Shown here piece by piece: positions 39,622 to 53,048 of a stretch of 64,000 nucleotides of DNA (the stretch's first letter is position 1; each line of letters opens with the position of its first letter). Source of the DNA: Octopus sinensis. Its lineage: Eukaryota. The notes under the pieces are model-generated. The model worked only from the letters and a program-made list of their open reading frames with translations, was not told the DNA's origin and ran no database searches. The stretch lies in contig NC_043005.1 in assembly GCF_006345805.1 (NCBI RefSeq), forward strand, positions 83,576,001 to 83,640,000, given 5' to 3'. Both the position numbers and the translations under genes were made by a program.

Positions 39622-40566
39622 TCTGTATCATTTGTACATGTGTACATGTACACTGTTCTTTAGTGCAGAAATGGGAACAACTATGTTGCCAAAATTAATT
39701 TCTGATCATGAGGGCAGCATCAGAACATTTTGCTTTTGGAGTTTAGGAAAGTACCTAATCCTTGTGAACTTTTTTGAATAATTTTCCTTTCTGCCAGGCA
39801 AAGTTTACAACACCTACTTCCATTCAGGTATGGTCTATATTGTTCTAGCAACTTTCAGTTCATTTAGTATGGCTTCCTCTTTTAATCACTGTATGTAACT
39901 AGCTAATGTTGTAACATTGCACTTCTAAGGTTTTCCTCTAAAGGATCTGGGATATATATCCACCCTTGTTCTATTCATTACATTCACCTCTAAACCCATC
40001 TCTAATGATCTGTCACTCTAATGACCCTGTCTACCAGCCCTTCCCAATTCTCTGTTTGTATTCTGTCTTATATTCATCTTCATGAATCTTGAGAAAATGC
40101 TCTGACACCATCTTATTTCTAGCTACTACCACCTATCCTTATATGATGCAGGGTAGCCATGTATCTCCTTTCTAATAAAACAGCTGCACCTGTCCCTCTG
40201 TCTTACTATAGCCACTCTAACACCTGGCATAAAGCCACTTCTCTCTCTATTACAACTCCATTCAGTCAACGGAATTTTTCTGTTGTTTTGCAATTACTTA
40301 GCAACCTCATCAGTGCCAATGCCAACAGAAAAGCACTTAGTACACTGTATAAAGCTGTTGGTATTAGGAAGGACAACCAGCTGTAGAAACCATGCCAAAA
40401 CAGACATTGGAGCATGACACAGCTCTTCAGCCTGTTAGATCCTGTAATATGTCATTATTCAGTTTTATTTCAAGATTGCTTGCTAATAGAGAAAGAACTG
40501 GCTTCTAACCTAGATCCAAGGCCCCTTCATTGGAATTTTAACATCAACAACAGGGTATTTTTGTTT

Positions 40567-40827
40567 GTATGTATGTATGTATGTATGTATGCATGTATGT
40601 ATGTATGTGTGTGTATGTATGCATGAATGTATGTATGTATGTATGTATGTATATATGCATGAATGTATGTATGTATGAATGTATGTATGTATGCATGAAT
40701 GTATGTATGAATGTATGTATGTATGCATGAATGTATGTATGTATGCATGCATGCATGCATGCATGTATGTATGTATGTATGTATGTATGTATGTATGTAT
40801 GTATGCATGCATGAATGTATGTATGTA
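40567..40827. repeat. (TATG/CATG)n compound microsatellite
   Basis: Direct inspection. Confidence 0.96.
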
Positions 40828-41353
40828 CTTGTACACATAGAATATTGTTTGCTTGTTGGAAGGGAAGCAAAAAAGTATTTAATCCGGCAAAAGTTAAGTA
40901 TCATTTAATGAATACATAATAATTACTTCAAATTTCATGCTTGGATAGTGCAGTAATCAGACAGGCTTCAATAGCATGCCATGCATGACCTAGCAATTAT
41001 TCAGACTCAAATAAAAAGGCTTCTCTGCAAGAAAGATGCAAGCAAAAACATGCCATGTCATCTGAGCATGAAAAATTGCTGGGTCAGGCATGGTGTGCCA
41101 CACAAACCTGTCCAGTTACTACATCATACGAGTATGAAACTTGCAGTAGCTCACATATAAATAATGTAGTCTTTAGATTACACACACACACACATATATG
41201 TGGCTGTGTGGTAAGTAGCTTGCTTACGCACCACATGGTTTCGGGTTCAGTCCCACTGCGTGGCACCTTGGGCAAGTGTCTTCTACTATAGCCTCGTGCC
41301 GACCAAAACCTTGTGAGTGGATTTGGTAGACAGAAACTGAAAGAAGCCCATAG

Positions 41354-41390
<37 letters not shown>

Positions 41391-41665
41391 ATATGTTTGT
41401 GTTTGTCATCCCAACATTGCTTGACAACCGATGCTGGTGTATTTACGTCCCCATAACTTAGTGGTTCAGCAAAAGAGACCAATAGAATAAGTACTAGGCT
41501 TACAAAGTCCTGGGGTTGATTTGCTCAACTAAAGGCAGTGTTCCAGTATGACCACAGTCACATGACTGAAACAAGTAAAAGAATATATGTATATATACAC
41601 ATACATGTAACACACACACACACAAATATATGCATATACAAAACAAAAATATTCAACACACTCAC

Positions 41666-41784
41666 CTATCCAACTGACGCATCTTCTCACACACTTCCTG
41701 CTTTTCATCTGGAGGGAAAAGGTTTGGTACTTCTCCAGCATTTAGCAAATTATTGATGTCTTCCAAAAAGGATTCTTTCTTGAT
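41666..41784 (-). CDS. DNAH7: Exon 8 (IKKESFLEDINNLLNAGEVPNLF...MRQLD)
   Basis: Manual translation. aaag acceptor, GTGAG donor, 119 nt, phase 0-2. Confidence 0.93.
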
Positions 41785-42848
41785 CTTTCAAACGCAATAT
41801 AAAAACAACCTAGCTTTAGCTGTCTCGAGACATTATTTCTCATAAAAAGGATGATCTTTTGAGTCAAAAATAGTCTGAGATAAATATGATGGTTGAAACA
41901 CAGATTTACAAAAGACTCAGTACCTGTTTAAACGTAGGTTCATGTATATTATATATTATATTCAAAGGTTTTCATCTGCCAGTTGTTAAACCATCTTTAT
42001 TTTCTAATGATTTAGCTTGTTTACAGAAGAAAGGAGTTATATATTTTTCTCATTCTAAGGACAGGAAATATTGATTTTTAATTGCCGTTTTGTCCTCTCT
42101 CTTTGACAAGCAAATAGGGGAGGCTCTTGTCTTTATTTGGTCACCCGACCTGCTAAAAGTAGCAGTTAGCCTTTCCCCCTATTCCAAGCCTCTTGGCGGT
42201 CGATGAATTAAGATGTGTCCCAACAAGGCTCCAGACTCGAAGGGCAAACCAGACTCCGCGGGCAGTGAAGACTGTTTTAACCATGGTGATTTAATCTGAC
42301 TCTGCTGCCTTCCTAACCCAGTGATGAAGTATCTCTTTTTGTGAAATAATAAACTATTATTGTTATTTGCTCTGCTATTCAAGCTCCTGCCATTTTATTC
42401 CTTTCTACAACATTGTAGGGAAATGTGTGAGGCACCCTACAAGTGCAGATATCACACAGAGATAGATAACAGAAATCCTACAATGTCAACTGCTTAAAAC
42501 TGCCCCTAGTCCTGTAACACAAACATCCTGTTTTAAAGTGAACCAAAATACAATCTCATGTTATTTTATGTTCCAAACACCAGATTAATATGGTTCTATG
42601 CTACAAACGTTTCAGTTTTAAGATGATCTAAATTAAGACCGTTCATCAAAATTCCATGTTAATTCATGTTCCAAATATCAGATCAATAATGACAGTTATT
42701 TTACCAAATTCCTCATCATTTCCAAAATTTATTGAAATAAAAGCAGTATATTTCAACAGAAATATAACAAAAGAATTAATGTTTAAATGATTACAAACTA
42801 TTTATTGAAAATGTATAACTCTTCCACGAAGCATAAGAAATATTTTAC

Positions 42849-42962
42849 CTGAGTGTCAGAGAAGAGAAACACAGCATGGTTATCTGTTTCAGTTGATTTC
42901 CTGAGTATAACTTTCAGGTCTTCTCGCCATTCATTCTGCGTGTAACTTTTGGTAATCTCTAC
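42849..42962 (-). CDS. DNAH7: Exon 7 (VEITKSY...WREDLK...VFLFSDTQ)
   Basis: Manual translation. ttag acceptor, GTAAA donor, 114 nt, phase 0-0. Confidence 0.93.
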
Positions 42963-44390
42963 CTAAATACAGACAATTAAATCATTTCCTCTCAGGTTAA
43001 TTACATGCTCAAACATTCAGCATCAGCAGAAAAAAGAAAACAGATTAAGATATTCATCAAATTATAATTAATCAATAATTTAAATTGATGCAAGTATGAT
43101 GGTATTCTCGAGAAGTTCGTTTCCCAAACATGATTTCAAGTCCAATCTTGGGCAAGTGTCTTCCACTAATATCCTTGTGAGTGGATTTGGTAAATAGAAA
43201 TTGAAAGAAGCCTGTGGTATATTACATGTGGCATGTAAAAGGGCACCATTCGAGCGTGATCGTTACCAAAGTCACCTTACTGGCACCTGTGCCGGTGGCA
43301 TGTGTAAAAAGATTCGAGCGAGGTCATTGCCAGTACCGCCTAACTGGCCCCCATGCCTGTGGCACATAAAAAGCACCCACTACACTCTCGGAGTGTTTGG
43401 CATTAGGAAGGGCATCCAGCAGTAGAAATTCTGAAAGATCAAGACTGGAGCCTGGTGCAGCCATCTGGTTCGCTAGCCCTCAGCCAAAATCGTCCAACCC
43501 ATGCTAGCATGGAAAGCGGACGTTAAACGATGATGATGATGATGATGATATCACTATTTAATGTCATGCTTGCATGGGTCAGATGGATTTTGTTGAGGCA
43601 GAGTTTTTACTTCCAAATGTCCTTCCTGTTACCAATCCTAATCTGTTTCCAAACAAGGTAATATTTCAGCATTGCCAGACACGATTTTTAGGGAAGACTC
43701 AAAATTAACAACATCATTTGTATGACAGTGGTACTCATTTATAAGCTCCACCAGCCATGAAATTAAAACTTTGTAGATAAACCTAAGAGCTTTTGGCAGC
43801 CTGGGATGAGGACTAAACCAACTAGTTTCATCTTAGGAATTTACCAAAAACAATTAACATCTTTTATCTTTTACTTGTTTCAGTCATTTGACTATGGCCA
43901 TGTTGGAGCACTGCCTTGAAGGGTCTTAGCTGAACAAATCAACCCCAAGACTGATTTTTTAAAGCCTAGTAATTATTCTATTGGTCTCTTTTGCCAAACT
44001 GTTAGCTTACAGACGCATAAACAAACCAACACTGTCATCAATTAGTGGTGGTGGTGGGGGACAAACTTGTTCACAAAGACACACACGATTGCTTTCCAAC
44101 CACATGGTTTCAGGTTCAGTCCCACTGGGTGACACTTTGGGCAAGTTTCTTCTACTATATCCTCAGACCAACCAAAGCCTTGTGAGCGGATTTGGTAGAC
44201 AGAAACTAAAAGAAGCCTGTTTACACACACACTGTGTGTGTAAACAGGCTTCTTTTAGTTTCTGTCTAGAAAGTTGACAACAGCAGCAATATAGTCCAGG
44301 GTTTGAAAAGAAATTCAGAATTAGCAACATTAAAAATCATTCAGCATTGTTTGATATTCAAAGAAAACATCAACAAGTAAGTTTACATAC

Positions 44391-44532
44391 CTGATGTAAA
44401 TCGTAATCGGCCATATGAGCAGCTAATCTGGTGAGAGACTGTCGACCGGATCCACCGACACCAACTAACATGGCATGACTTCTGGGCTGCTTTAAGATTC
44501 TAGAAATCTTTGAAACATGTTCAACAGCAAAT
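44391..44532 (-). CDS. DNAH7: Exon 6 ([13 protein letters not shown]...[17 protein letters not shown]; AAA4 P-loop)
   Basis: Manual translation. gtag acceptor, GTATG donor, 142 nt, phase 2-0. Confidence 0.94.
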
Positions 44533-45520
44533 CTACAATAAAACATTTAAATAAAATATTAAAACATAAATATTAAAGTAAATATTGGTTTCAAATCTTT
44601 TGCACTTCTAGTCTTCTCTACCTTGCTTGAAATTGGGGAGGATGGGTGACAGGAAGACCATCTGGTTATAGAAAATCTGCTTCAACAAATTTCATCTCAC
44701 CCATGCAAGCATGGAAATTGGAATTACTGGCACTTGTGCTGGTGGCACGTGAAAAAACATTCGAGCGAGGTCGTTGCCAGTGCCGCTGAACTGGCTCCTG
44801 TGCAGGTGGCACATAGAAAACATCATTTGAGCATGGGCGTTGCCAGTACTGCCTGACTGGCCCTTGTGCCAGTGGCACGTAAAAGCACCCACTATACTCT
44901 TGGAGTGGTTGACATTAGGAAGGGCATCCAGCTGTAGAAACTCTGCCAGATCAGATTGGAGCATGGTACAGCCATCTGATTTGCCAGACCTCAGTCAAAT
45001 CGTCCAGCCCATGCTAGCATGGAGAGCGGACGTTAAACGATGATGATGATGAAGAGTGTTTTGTCACTAAGGATTGTCACACATGGATTTTACAAAAATG
45101 ATTGCACAAATGTCATGCATCAAGGAACCAGACACCTGATTACATCGTCATTGAGGTTTTGCCATGATTCTATGGACCAGATGAGGGAGTATTGATAGCA
45201 TAGCAAATAATATTTACTCATTTAATTAAATTATAATTTGAATGGAGGCAATACAAATGGAAAACTAGAGGAACATGACCTATTATCCAATAGAGTATTC
45301 AGTATATATGTGTACTTTCTTCGACATTAATAAATCAATATAAAGTTCGAAATAATTAACAATTGATCTCACAAACATCAATAACAAAGTAACATGATTA
45401 TTTTATTCTTAGGTATCAAATACAATCAGTCATTTAACCTACTAAGAATAAATTTCTAGTATTTAATCTGTTTTCCCATTTTCCTGAAGAAAGCGTTACA
45501 GCATGGCTATGATGGCTGAA

Positions 45521-46830
45521 TACAAAGTGCATTCCAGACATTTTGAGACTCGTTTAAGAGACACAGTTATAATTCCCTTTGATTGTTCTAACTTTAATAC
45601 TATACAGCTAATAACCTGACCTGCCAATGTTTTTTTTTTTCCAGATTGAAGATGGCTGTAACATCACTTTGAACACACCAAACACTGCTTGTCACAGCTG
45701 ACTAATTTGCAGAATGCAGTTGGGATGTTTGGAAGCTTGTTATGCAATAAAGTTTCATGTTAAACCAGGCAAAGATGTTACAGAAACTTCTGACATGCTC
45801 CAGACTACTCATGGATTAACATATATGGAGCTGAGCATCTGTTTTTCATTAGCACAAAAGGTTCAAGGATGGTAGAGAGAGAGGTTAGAGACAATGAGAG
45901 GTGTGGGAGGGAGAGGCATGTCAGAACTTTCTGAATTGGTTAAGAAAATTCACAATTGTCTGGATGAAGATTGTCTGTGTGCCTATAAAGACTATAAGTA
46001 TAGTTTGGAGTTGGCGTGGCAACTGTACACAGAAATATTCATGAAGATCTGAACATGTGAAACATTTGTGCAAAGTTTGTTCTGAGGGAGCTCAATGATG
46101 AGCTGAAAGAAAGTTGTATTGGTGACAGAAGGGAGTTTGCTGAGCTCATTATCTCCAATTCAAGGGTACTTGAGTCTCTAGTGACCAATAATAAAAGCTG
46201 GAACTACTGTTGTGATCCAGAATCCAAGAAATGGAAGCATTCTGGCTCTTCGAGACCCATGAAGGCCAGGCAAAGCAAGTCAACTTGGAAGCTCGTAATG
46301 ATACCATTTTTCAACAGCAACGGCATCATCTATATCTACTGGGTCCCCTCTGACCAGAAGGTCAACAAAGAGTACTTTGTGGAGATTGTGAGGGAGTTCA
46401 CGAAGAGATTTCGTTACAAAAGGCCAGAGCCCTTCCATTCAGGTCAGTGGCAACTGCACTGGACAGTGCATCAGTCCACAATTCCATCCTGTTAACCAAC
46501 TACTTGACAGAGATGGGTATCAAAATTGTTTTTCATCCTCCCTACAGTCCAAACCTTGCTCCTTGCAGTTTTGGTTGTTTCCCCAAGCTGAAGGAAAAAC
46601 TCAGAGGCAGTAATTTTGAAGACAGTGAGAAGATGCCGGTGGCTGTGACAATGATCTGGGACACCTTCACCTTGGAGGACGTCTACAGGATCTTCACAAA
46701 GTAGCTGGAGCACTACAACAATGCATTGAAGTCAGAGGGTCCTCCTTTGAAGGACATTAGAATTTTTAACTTTGAAATTAATAAATGTCTCTCCTGTAAA
46801 GGTCTCTAAACATCTGGAATACACTTTGTA
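45521..46830 (+). mobile_element. Full-length decayed mariner transposon (about 1.3 kb)
   Basis: About 29-bp TIRs TACAAAGTG(C/T)ATTCCAGA at both ends with TA termini. Frameshifted transposase remnants: WNYCCDPESK, KARQSKS, HPPYSPNLAPCSF. Confidence 0.9.
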
Positions 46831-46940
46831 ATATAAAGCACCAGTCAAATACCAGATTCATTTCTATTCCTTCAATGTATCCCAGATAAGAATGAAATTT
46901 ATTGTATAAAAAAGAAGACAAGGGTGTTAACTGAACAAAC

Positions 46941-47257
46941 CTGAAGAGAACCAGATTCATTGGTTTCTTGCTCATGTTATTGTACTCATCAAGTAAACCT
47001 TCAGTTATTTTACGCAGCAACTCTAAATCCGGTGCTTCTATATAATGCTTATTGTCATTTTTGGGGTCACTAAAGTCACAATAGATTAAGCTTCGCATAT
47101 CTTCATCAGTGACATTATTATCTTCATCAGAGTCCAAATGGCTAAACAGTTCATGGAAATTAACTTCTAGCTCTTCATTACAGACACTTTGTATGCATTC
47201 ATACATCCAGTTGTGATCTTCTGCGTCAACTAGACGATCATAGTATACTCTATACAC
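46941..47257 (-). CDS. DNAH7: Exon 5 (VYRVYYDRLVD...KPMNLVLF)
   Basis: ctag acceptor, GTTTG donor, 317 nt, phase 0-2. Confidence 0.95.
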
Positions 47258-47362
47258 CTAGAAGTGAATGGAATAAAAAGAAAGCTCAGATGGAAGTAAA
47301 TTTCTTTTAACAAGACATATATTTGAAACAGTGAAAGGGATAAGGAATTTTCACCTGGTGTA

Positions 47363-48260
47363 TACAGGGTAGGTGGAAAGTAACTGGGCATCAGAAATTG
47401 CTTATAGAATTTTTAGTATCACTGAAATCATGATGAAAACAGTTTTTAAACAAACAACACTAATGAGGATTTCTAATTTTCTTATTGCCTTATTTCTTAT
47501 TTTCCAAATGGCCAGTTGCTTGACTGTTCAGGAGCGAGCTAAGATAGCAGCATGCTATGAAGTGTGGAATTCCATTGTTTGGGTACAATGATGGTAGCAT
47601 GCATGGAAAGGTAAGCATGCAACACTATGCCCAGAGACAATAAAAAGTTGATATGCAAAGCTGATGACCACGGGCTCTGTAAATGATGCAAGAAATGGCT
47701 GTCCAACCACATCCCAATCAACAGTATGTGGCAACAGTGCAGGAAATGTTTAATTGCAGCCTGCAAAAATCAACACATCAAGCAGCTAATGAAAGTGAAC
47801 TAACAAGACACACAATACGTATGGTGTTGCATAAAGAATTGAATTTTCATCCTTGGAAACCCCATTACGAGCAGGAGGTAAAACCTGAAGACTGTGACCA
47901 CAGAAACCCAGAAGTCCAGAACTCCAAGAAGTTCAGATCTCACTCCATCTGATTTTTACCTGTGGGGTTACACAAAAGATGTGTACAAGACAAAACCTCG
48001 CACACTGGAGGACTTGGGGACATGGATTCAGGAGGTTCTCGATGATATCCCAGACAACATCCTTCATAAGGTTGTTCACTCCATCCCTGGCCATTTGAGG
48101 AAACTGGTTGATGCCACCGGTGCTTACATTGAAATATGAAGAGCTACTTTCATTTTCCCATGTAGTAAAGAACATGTATCATCTGTTTCAATAAATTTGT
48201 AAACAGAATATGGATTTTATTATTAATTTTTAATGCTTACTTACTTATCAACCTCCCTGT
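47363..48260 (+). mobile_element. Internally deleted Tc1/mariner-superfamily element
   Basis: Transposase remnants LHKELNFHPWK and RSSDLTPSDFYLWGY..VYKTKPRTLEDL; degenerate CAGGG..GG..AAGTAA termini. Confidence 0.75.
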
Positions 48261-48616
48261 TGATGCAGGTATGGCTGTATGGTTAAGAAGTTTGCTTCCC
48301 AACCACACAGTTGAGGGTTCAGTACCACTGCATGGCACCAGGTCAATTGTCTTCTAATATAGCTCTGGGCCAAAGCATATAAATAACCAAGATCAGAACA
48401 TTGCCCCGGAACAGGATGCCAGTCCACTGCAGGGTTACTTATTTACAGCTGAGTGGACTGGAGCAATGTGAAATGAAGTGTCTTGCTCAAGAACATAATG
48501 CATCACTTGGTCCATGTATGCAAACCATGATCTTGCAATTGTGAGTGTAACACCCTGTACACTGGGCCACACACTTTCACTTTGGTCAATGAGAACAGAA
48601 AAAAGCCCATCATATA

Positions 48617-48700
<84 letters not shown>

Positions 48701-48881
48701 TATGTGTGTGTGTGCACGATTAAGTCAACTTGAGGGTATGAAAGAAGACTTTTGCTCAAGGTTCTGTAAAGTGGAATCAAACATGGAACCATGTCTGCAA
48801 GCTGAAAACTTACTACAGAGAAGGGGGAGAGGGGGAGGGAAGGAGAGGGAGGGAGAGGGAGGGAGAGGGAGGGGAGGGAAG

Positions 48882-48913
<32 letters not shown>

Positions 48914-50454
48914 TAAGTGACAATAAAACTGACAAGATCATTATAGGTGAATACTTCTAAGTTTAAAACTTCCAGTGGTGGAGATCCAAGAAGGAAGGAT
49001 GAGATATTGCAATGAGTGCACAAAGAAACAAGGACTTCTAAAATTCTAGAAAATGTAATCATGAATTTGGGGGAATTTTAGGAAAATAACATTAAAAGCA
49101 CATGGGAAACTTGACTGGTGACTGTTGGTGCTGCCACCAACAGATGTTTTTGGAGTAAGAGAGAGAGAAGAAGGGAAGACATAGACAGATAGACAGAGAG
49201 AGAGGAGGGAGGGAAAGAGAGAGAAAGAGAGTTTACTTAGAAATAAAAGAGGTGAAGTTTCCTTTTAAGGGGAGAGAACCGTTTCAGAATTTATATTTCT
49301 TTTATGATGGAAATTTAAAATCATATAAAAAACAAAACAAAACAACAACAACAACAACAGCCACCACCACCACCACCACCACCACCATCATCATCGTTTA
49401 ACGTCCGCTTCCCATGCTAGCATGGGTTGGACGGTTTGATTGAGGGCTGGCGAACCAGATGGTTGCACCAGGCTCCAGTCTTGATCTGGCTGAGTTTCTA
49501 CAGCTGGATGCCCTTCCTAACGCCAACCACTCCTTGAGTGTAGAGGGTTGTACATTTTAAAATTTGGAGAACCAGAAAGAATCTGAAGTGAGTTGGCATC
49601 AAAAGGGTGGAATCTGTCTCAACCAATTTGCCTGTTGTTTGATGCAGTAGTTTTGGAAACTATAATCACTGGCAACCTCTTGTGAGAACAATGCTGGAAG
49701 AATTTCATATCGAAGTTGATAATTCCAAGGCGATAGATATCTTCAGGTTCTTAACCCTACATATGTTCATCTTAAATATTTACTCTTTATTTGTTTCAGT
49801 TATTTGACTGCAGCCATGCTGGAGCACCGCCTTTAATCGAGCAAATCGACCTCAGGACTTATTTTTTGTAAGCCTGGTACTTATTCTATCAGTCTCTTTT
49901 GCTGAACCACCAAGTTATGGGGACGTAAACCCACCAACATTGGTTGTCAAGCGATATGGGGGGACAAACACACACACACACACACACACATATACATATA
50001 TAAGACGGGCTTCTTTCAGTTTCCATCTACCAAATCCACTCACAAGGCTTTGGTCGGTCCAAGGCTATAGTAGAAGACACTTGCCCAAGGTACCACGCAG
50101 TGTGACTGAACCTGGAACCATGTGGTTGGTAAGCAAGCTAGTTACCAAACGGCCACTCCTGATATCTACACTTGTTTTCATATTTTTTCGTTAGCCTTTG
50201 TTTCATACGTTCTGAGTAATCTAAACCTTTCTTTTTCTTAAGTTCCAAATTACTCAGGTGGTTGAAAAAACTTAGGGATGTGTATCATTTATAATGCATG
50301 GATGTCAGGGAAATACGCTCCATGAATCCATGAATCACATGTGTATTACACAGGACAGACAAAGGGTTAAATTGATGAACAACAAAAGCAGAATGAAGCA
50401 TGAAAATGTAGGGAGAATATAATAATACTGATAATTGATGATTGAAATGTCTAC

Positions 50455-50671
50455 CTCATGAACCCAAAGCCTCTTGACAGAGTCTGGCACTTCAGTAGTT
50501 TCAGGGACAGAGAGTAACACACCACCAATGACTCGGCTGAAATCTCTCAAATTGAATAAATAATGAGATTTAGTTGGTGTGGGAAGTAGGTTCACCATGG
50601 CTTCTTTGTAAACTCTAAGAGTGGCCAAAACTATTTGATCCACACATGGCTTGAAATCTTCACTGAAATTA
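50455..50671 (-). CDS. DNAH7: Exon 4 ([20 protein letters not shown]...RLWVHE)
   Basis: tgcag acceptor, GTAG donor, 217 nt, phase 2-0. Confidence 0.95.
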
Positions 50672-52593
50672 CTGCAAAAACAAAAAAGAATTAATTGATT
50701 AATTATTTAAGCATACAAATGACAGTTGAAGGCCCTTTCATCTTATCCTATATATATTTTCTTGTTGGCGTATATTAATTTCTAATATAGTCTAAATAAG
50801 CATAGGTGAAGGCACATGGCCTAGAGGTTAGGGTGTTTCACATGATTACAACATCACTCATTGGTAGTGCATTGTGTTCTTGAGCAAAACACTTCATTTC
50901 ATTTTGTTCCAATTCACTCAGCAGTAAATAAGTAACTCTGTGACAGACTGGTGTTCCATTCAGCGGGGATTGTTGCATTCTCAGTCACTTATATGCAATA
51001 GAAACCAGCTGTATGTGTCCTAAGACTAAAGACAGTAATGTCGAGGGGTTGATAATGAGGACAATAAGCATAAGCATCGTGTTAGGAGGAAATAAAACTA
51101 GCAGAGTTATGGCCATTGCCAAGCACACAACATGACGATGCCTACAAGAATAGCTATTGTAAGGTTTGATAACATAACCATGTGGTCAGTCGTAGAACTG
51201 TTCTAACAAATATTCTTTTCTACTCTAGGCACAACGCCTGAAAATTTGGGGGAGGAGGCCAGTCGATTAGATCAATCTCAGTATGCACAGGTACTTAATT
51301 TATCAACCCCAAAAGGATGAAAGGCAAAGTCGACTGTGGCAGAATTTGAATTCAGAACGTAAAGTTCTACCAAGGTCGACTTTGCCTTTCATCCTTTCTA
51401 CTGTGTCTAATAAAAGACACTACTTCATTTGAGAAACATAATCATGCTTGCCAAGGTAATCATGGTCACAGCATCACATGCATGACCTAAACATGTCCAG
51501 AATTATTGTCATAGTAACCATAGATCAGAGTCATTCTCATCACCTTCTTGTTTGAACATCATTTAAATTTCAGACTTCTCTCCCTTGCCTCTTTTGAAAA
51601 GAACTATCACTGATACTGATAACTTCCCTTCTCATTAAGGTTATAGTTTCAATTGATATAAATCCTTTTTTATTAACTGCTTTTCAGTATGTTAGCCCAC
51701 ACTTAACTTTATGATATTATGCAGAAGGCACCTCTGGAAATTTTCCACTATATTAGATTGAATTTGCTATGTTATCTTAAAGTTAAATACAAGAATTTGA
51801 GGATACTGGTGATGGTCTGTAATCAGAAAATCAGATTAGAATTATTCTTAATTGTGGACAGGTGCAGGCCTGACTCTGTGGCTAAAAAGTTCACTTCCCA
51901 ATCACATGGTTTCAGGTTTAGTCCCACTGTGTGAACCAAGCGTCTTCTGCTACAGCCCCAGACTGACAAAAGCTTTGAGTGGATTTAGTAGACTACTATG
52001 TACAAAAGACGTGTGCATCCTTTCCATTTCCTAATCTCCACTCACAAGACAATGACAGAAGATACTTGACCAATTGCCATGCAGTGAGATCAAAGATAGA
52101 ACCATGTGATTGCAAAACAAGCTTCTTACTTACAAAACCATGTCCATCTCTGTCAGGAGAAGGAAATTCTAATGATTCAGGTGAGGAGAAAGATGTACTC
52201 GAGAGGTACATAGTCATTGATAAAGTCACAGACTGTGAGGAAATGACTTTGGCAGGCTAACTGATTAACCAGTTGATCAAGTAATTAATTACTTAATTGA
52301 TTAGTAGTAAAAATGAAGAGAAGAATAACCAGTGTATGTGCTTTTCTTGGCAGTATAAATCTCCCAAAGCACAACAATTTCAGGTATTCTGAATCTATTG
52401 CCAGATTTCTCATCACTACCTAGCCCCACTATAGTGCTGTTTCTTGCTGCCATATCCCATAAGTCCTAGTTTCTTTCTTCATTTGTTTCCCCCAACAACT
52501 TGTCTTAAAACCCAGCAAGATTGTCAAGGACAATGCCTTTCCCCATCTCCAGAAAAGAACTATATTGAACTTCACATGTTACGAAAATCTTAC

Positions 52594-52720
52594 TTTGTGG
52601 TAAAATGCCAATCCACAATTCTTGTAAAGATCATGCACATTGTCTCATCACTGAACTCATTAATTGTTATGGTATTGAAATGACGAAGAAATCGTGGTGT
52701 TACTGGGTTCCGTCCACCAC
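52594..52720 (-). CDS. DNAH7: Exon 3 ([16 protein letters not shown]...IVDWHFTT)
   Basis: Not in ORF track; read manually. ttatag acceptor, GTAAG donor, 127 nt, phase 1-2. Confidence 0.93.
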
Positions 52721-52815
52721 CTATAAAATGAAAAGAAAATGGAGAAGAAAAGATAAAAGGTTTAAATTATATATATGTATTTATAATTATATATATATAT
52801 TTATAATTATATTTT

Positions 52816-53048
52816 GTTGTGTCTGGGGAGAGTCACCGGTAAAATTTCCACTTTTTTCTTGTTTATTTTCCTAAAATTTTTGTTGCATCTTGCAAACTTT
52901 TCAATAGCATTGAGTCAAAACTATTGAAAAGGTTGCAAGACGCAACGAAAATTTTAGGAAAATAAACATAAGAAAAATGTGGAAATTTTACAGGTGAGTG
53001 TGTTATATTATAAGGCATAAAAATAAAATGACTCTCCCCAGACACAAC
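52816..53048. repeat. Inverted repeat (fold-back) of a dispersed repeat also present at about 36785-36985
   Basis: Left arm 52816-52907, 13-nt loop, right arm 52921-53048. Confidence 0.9.
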
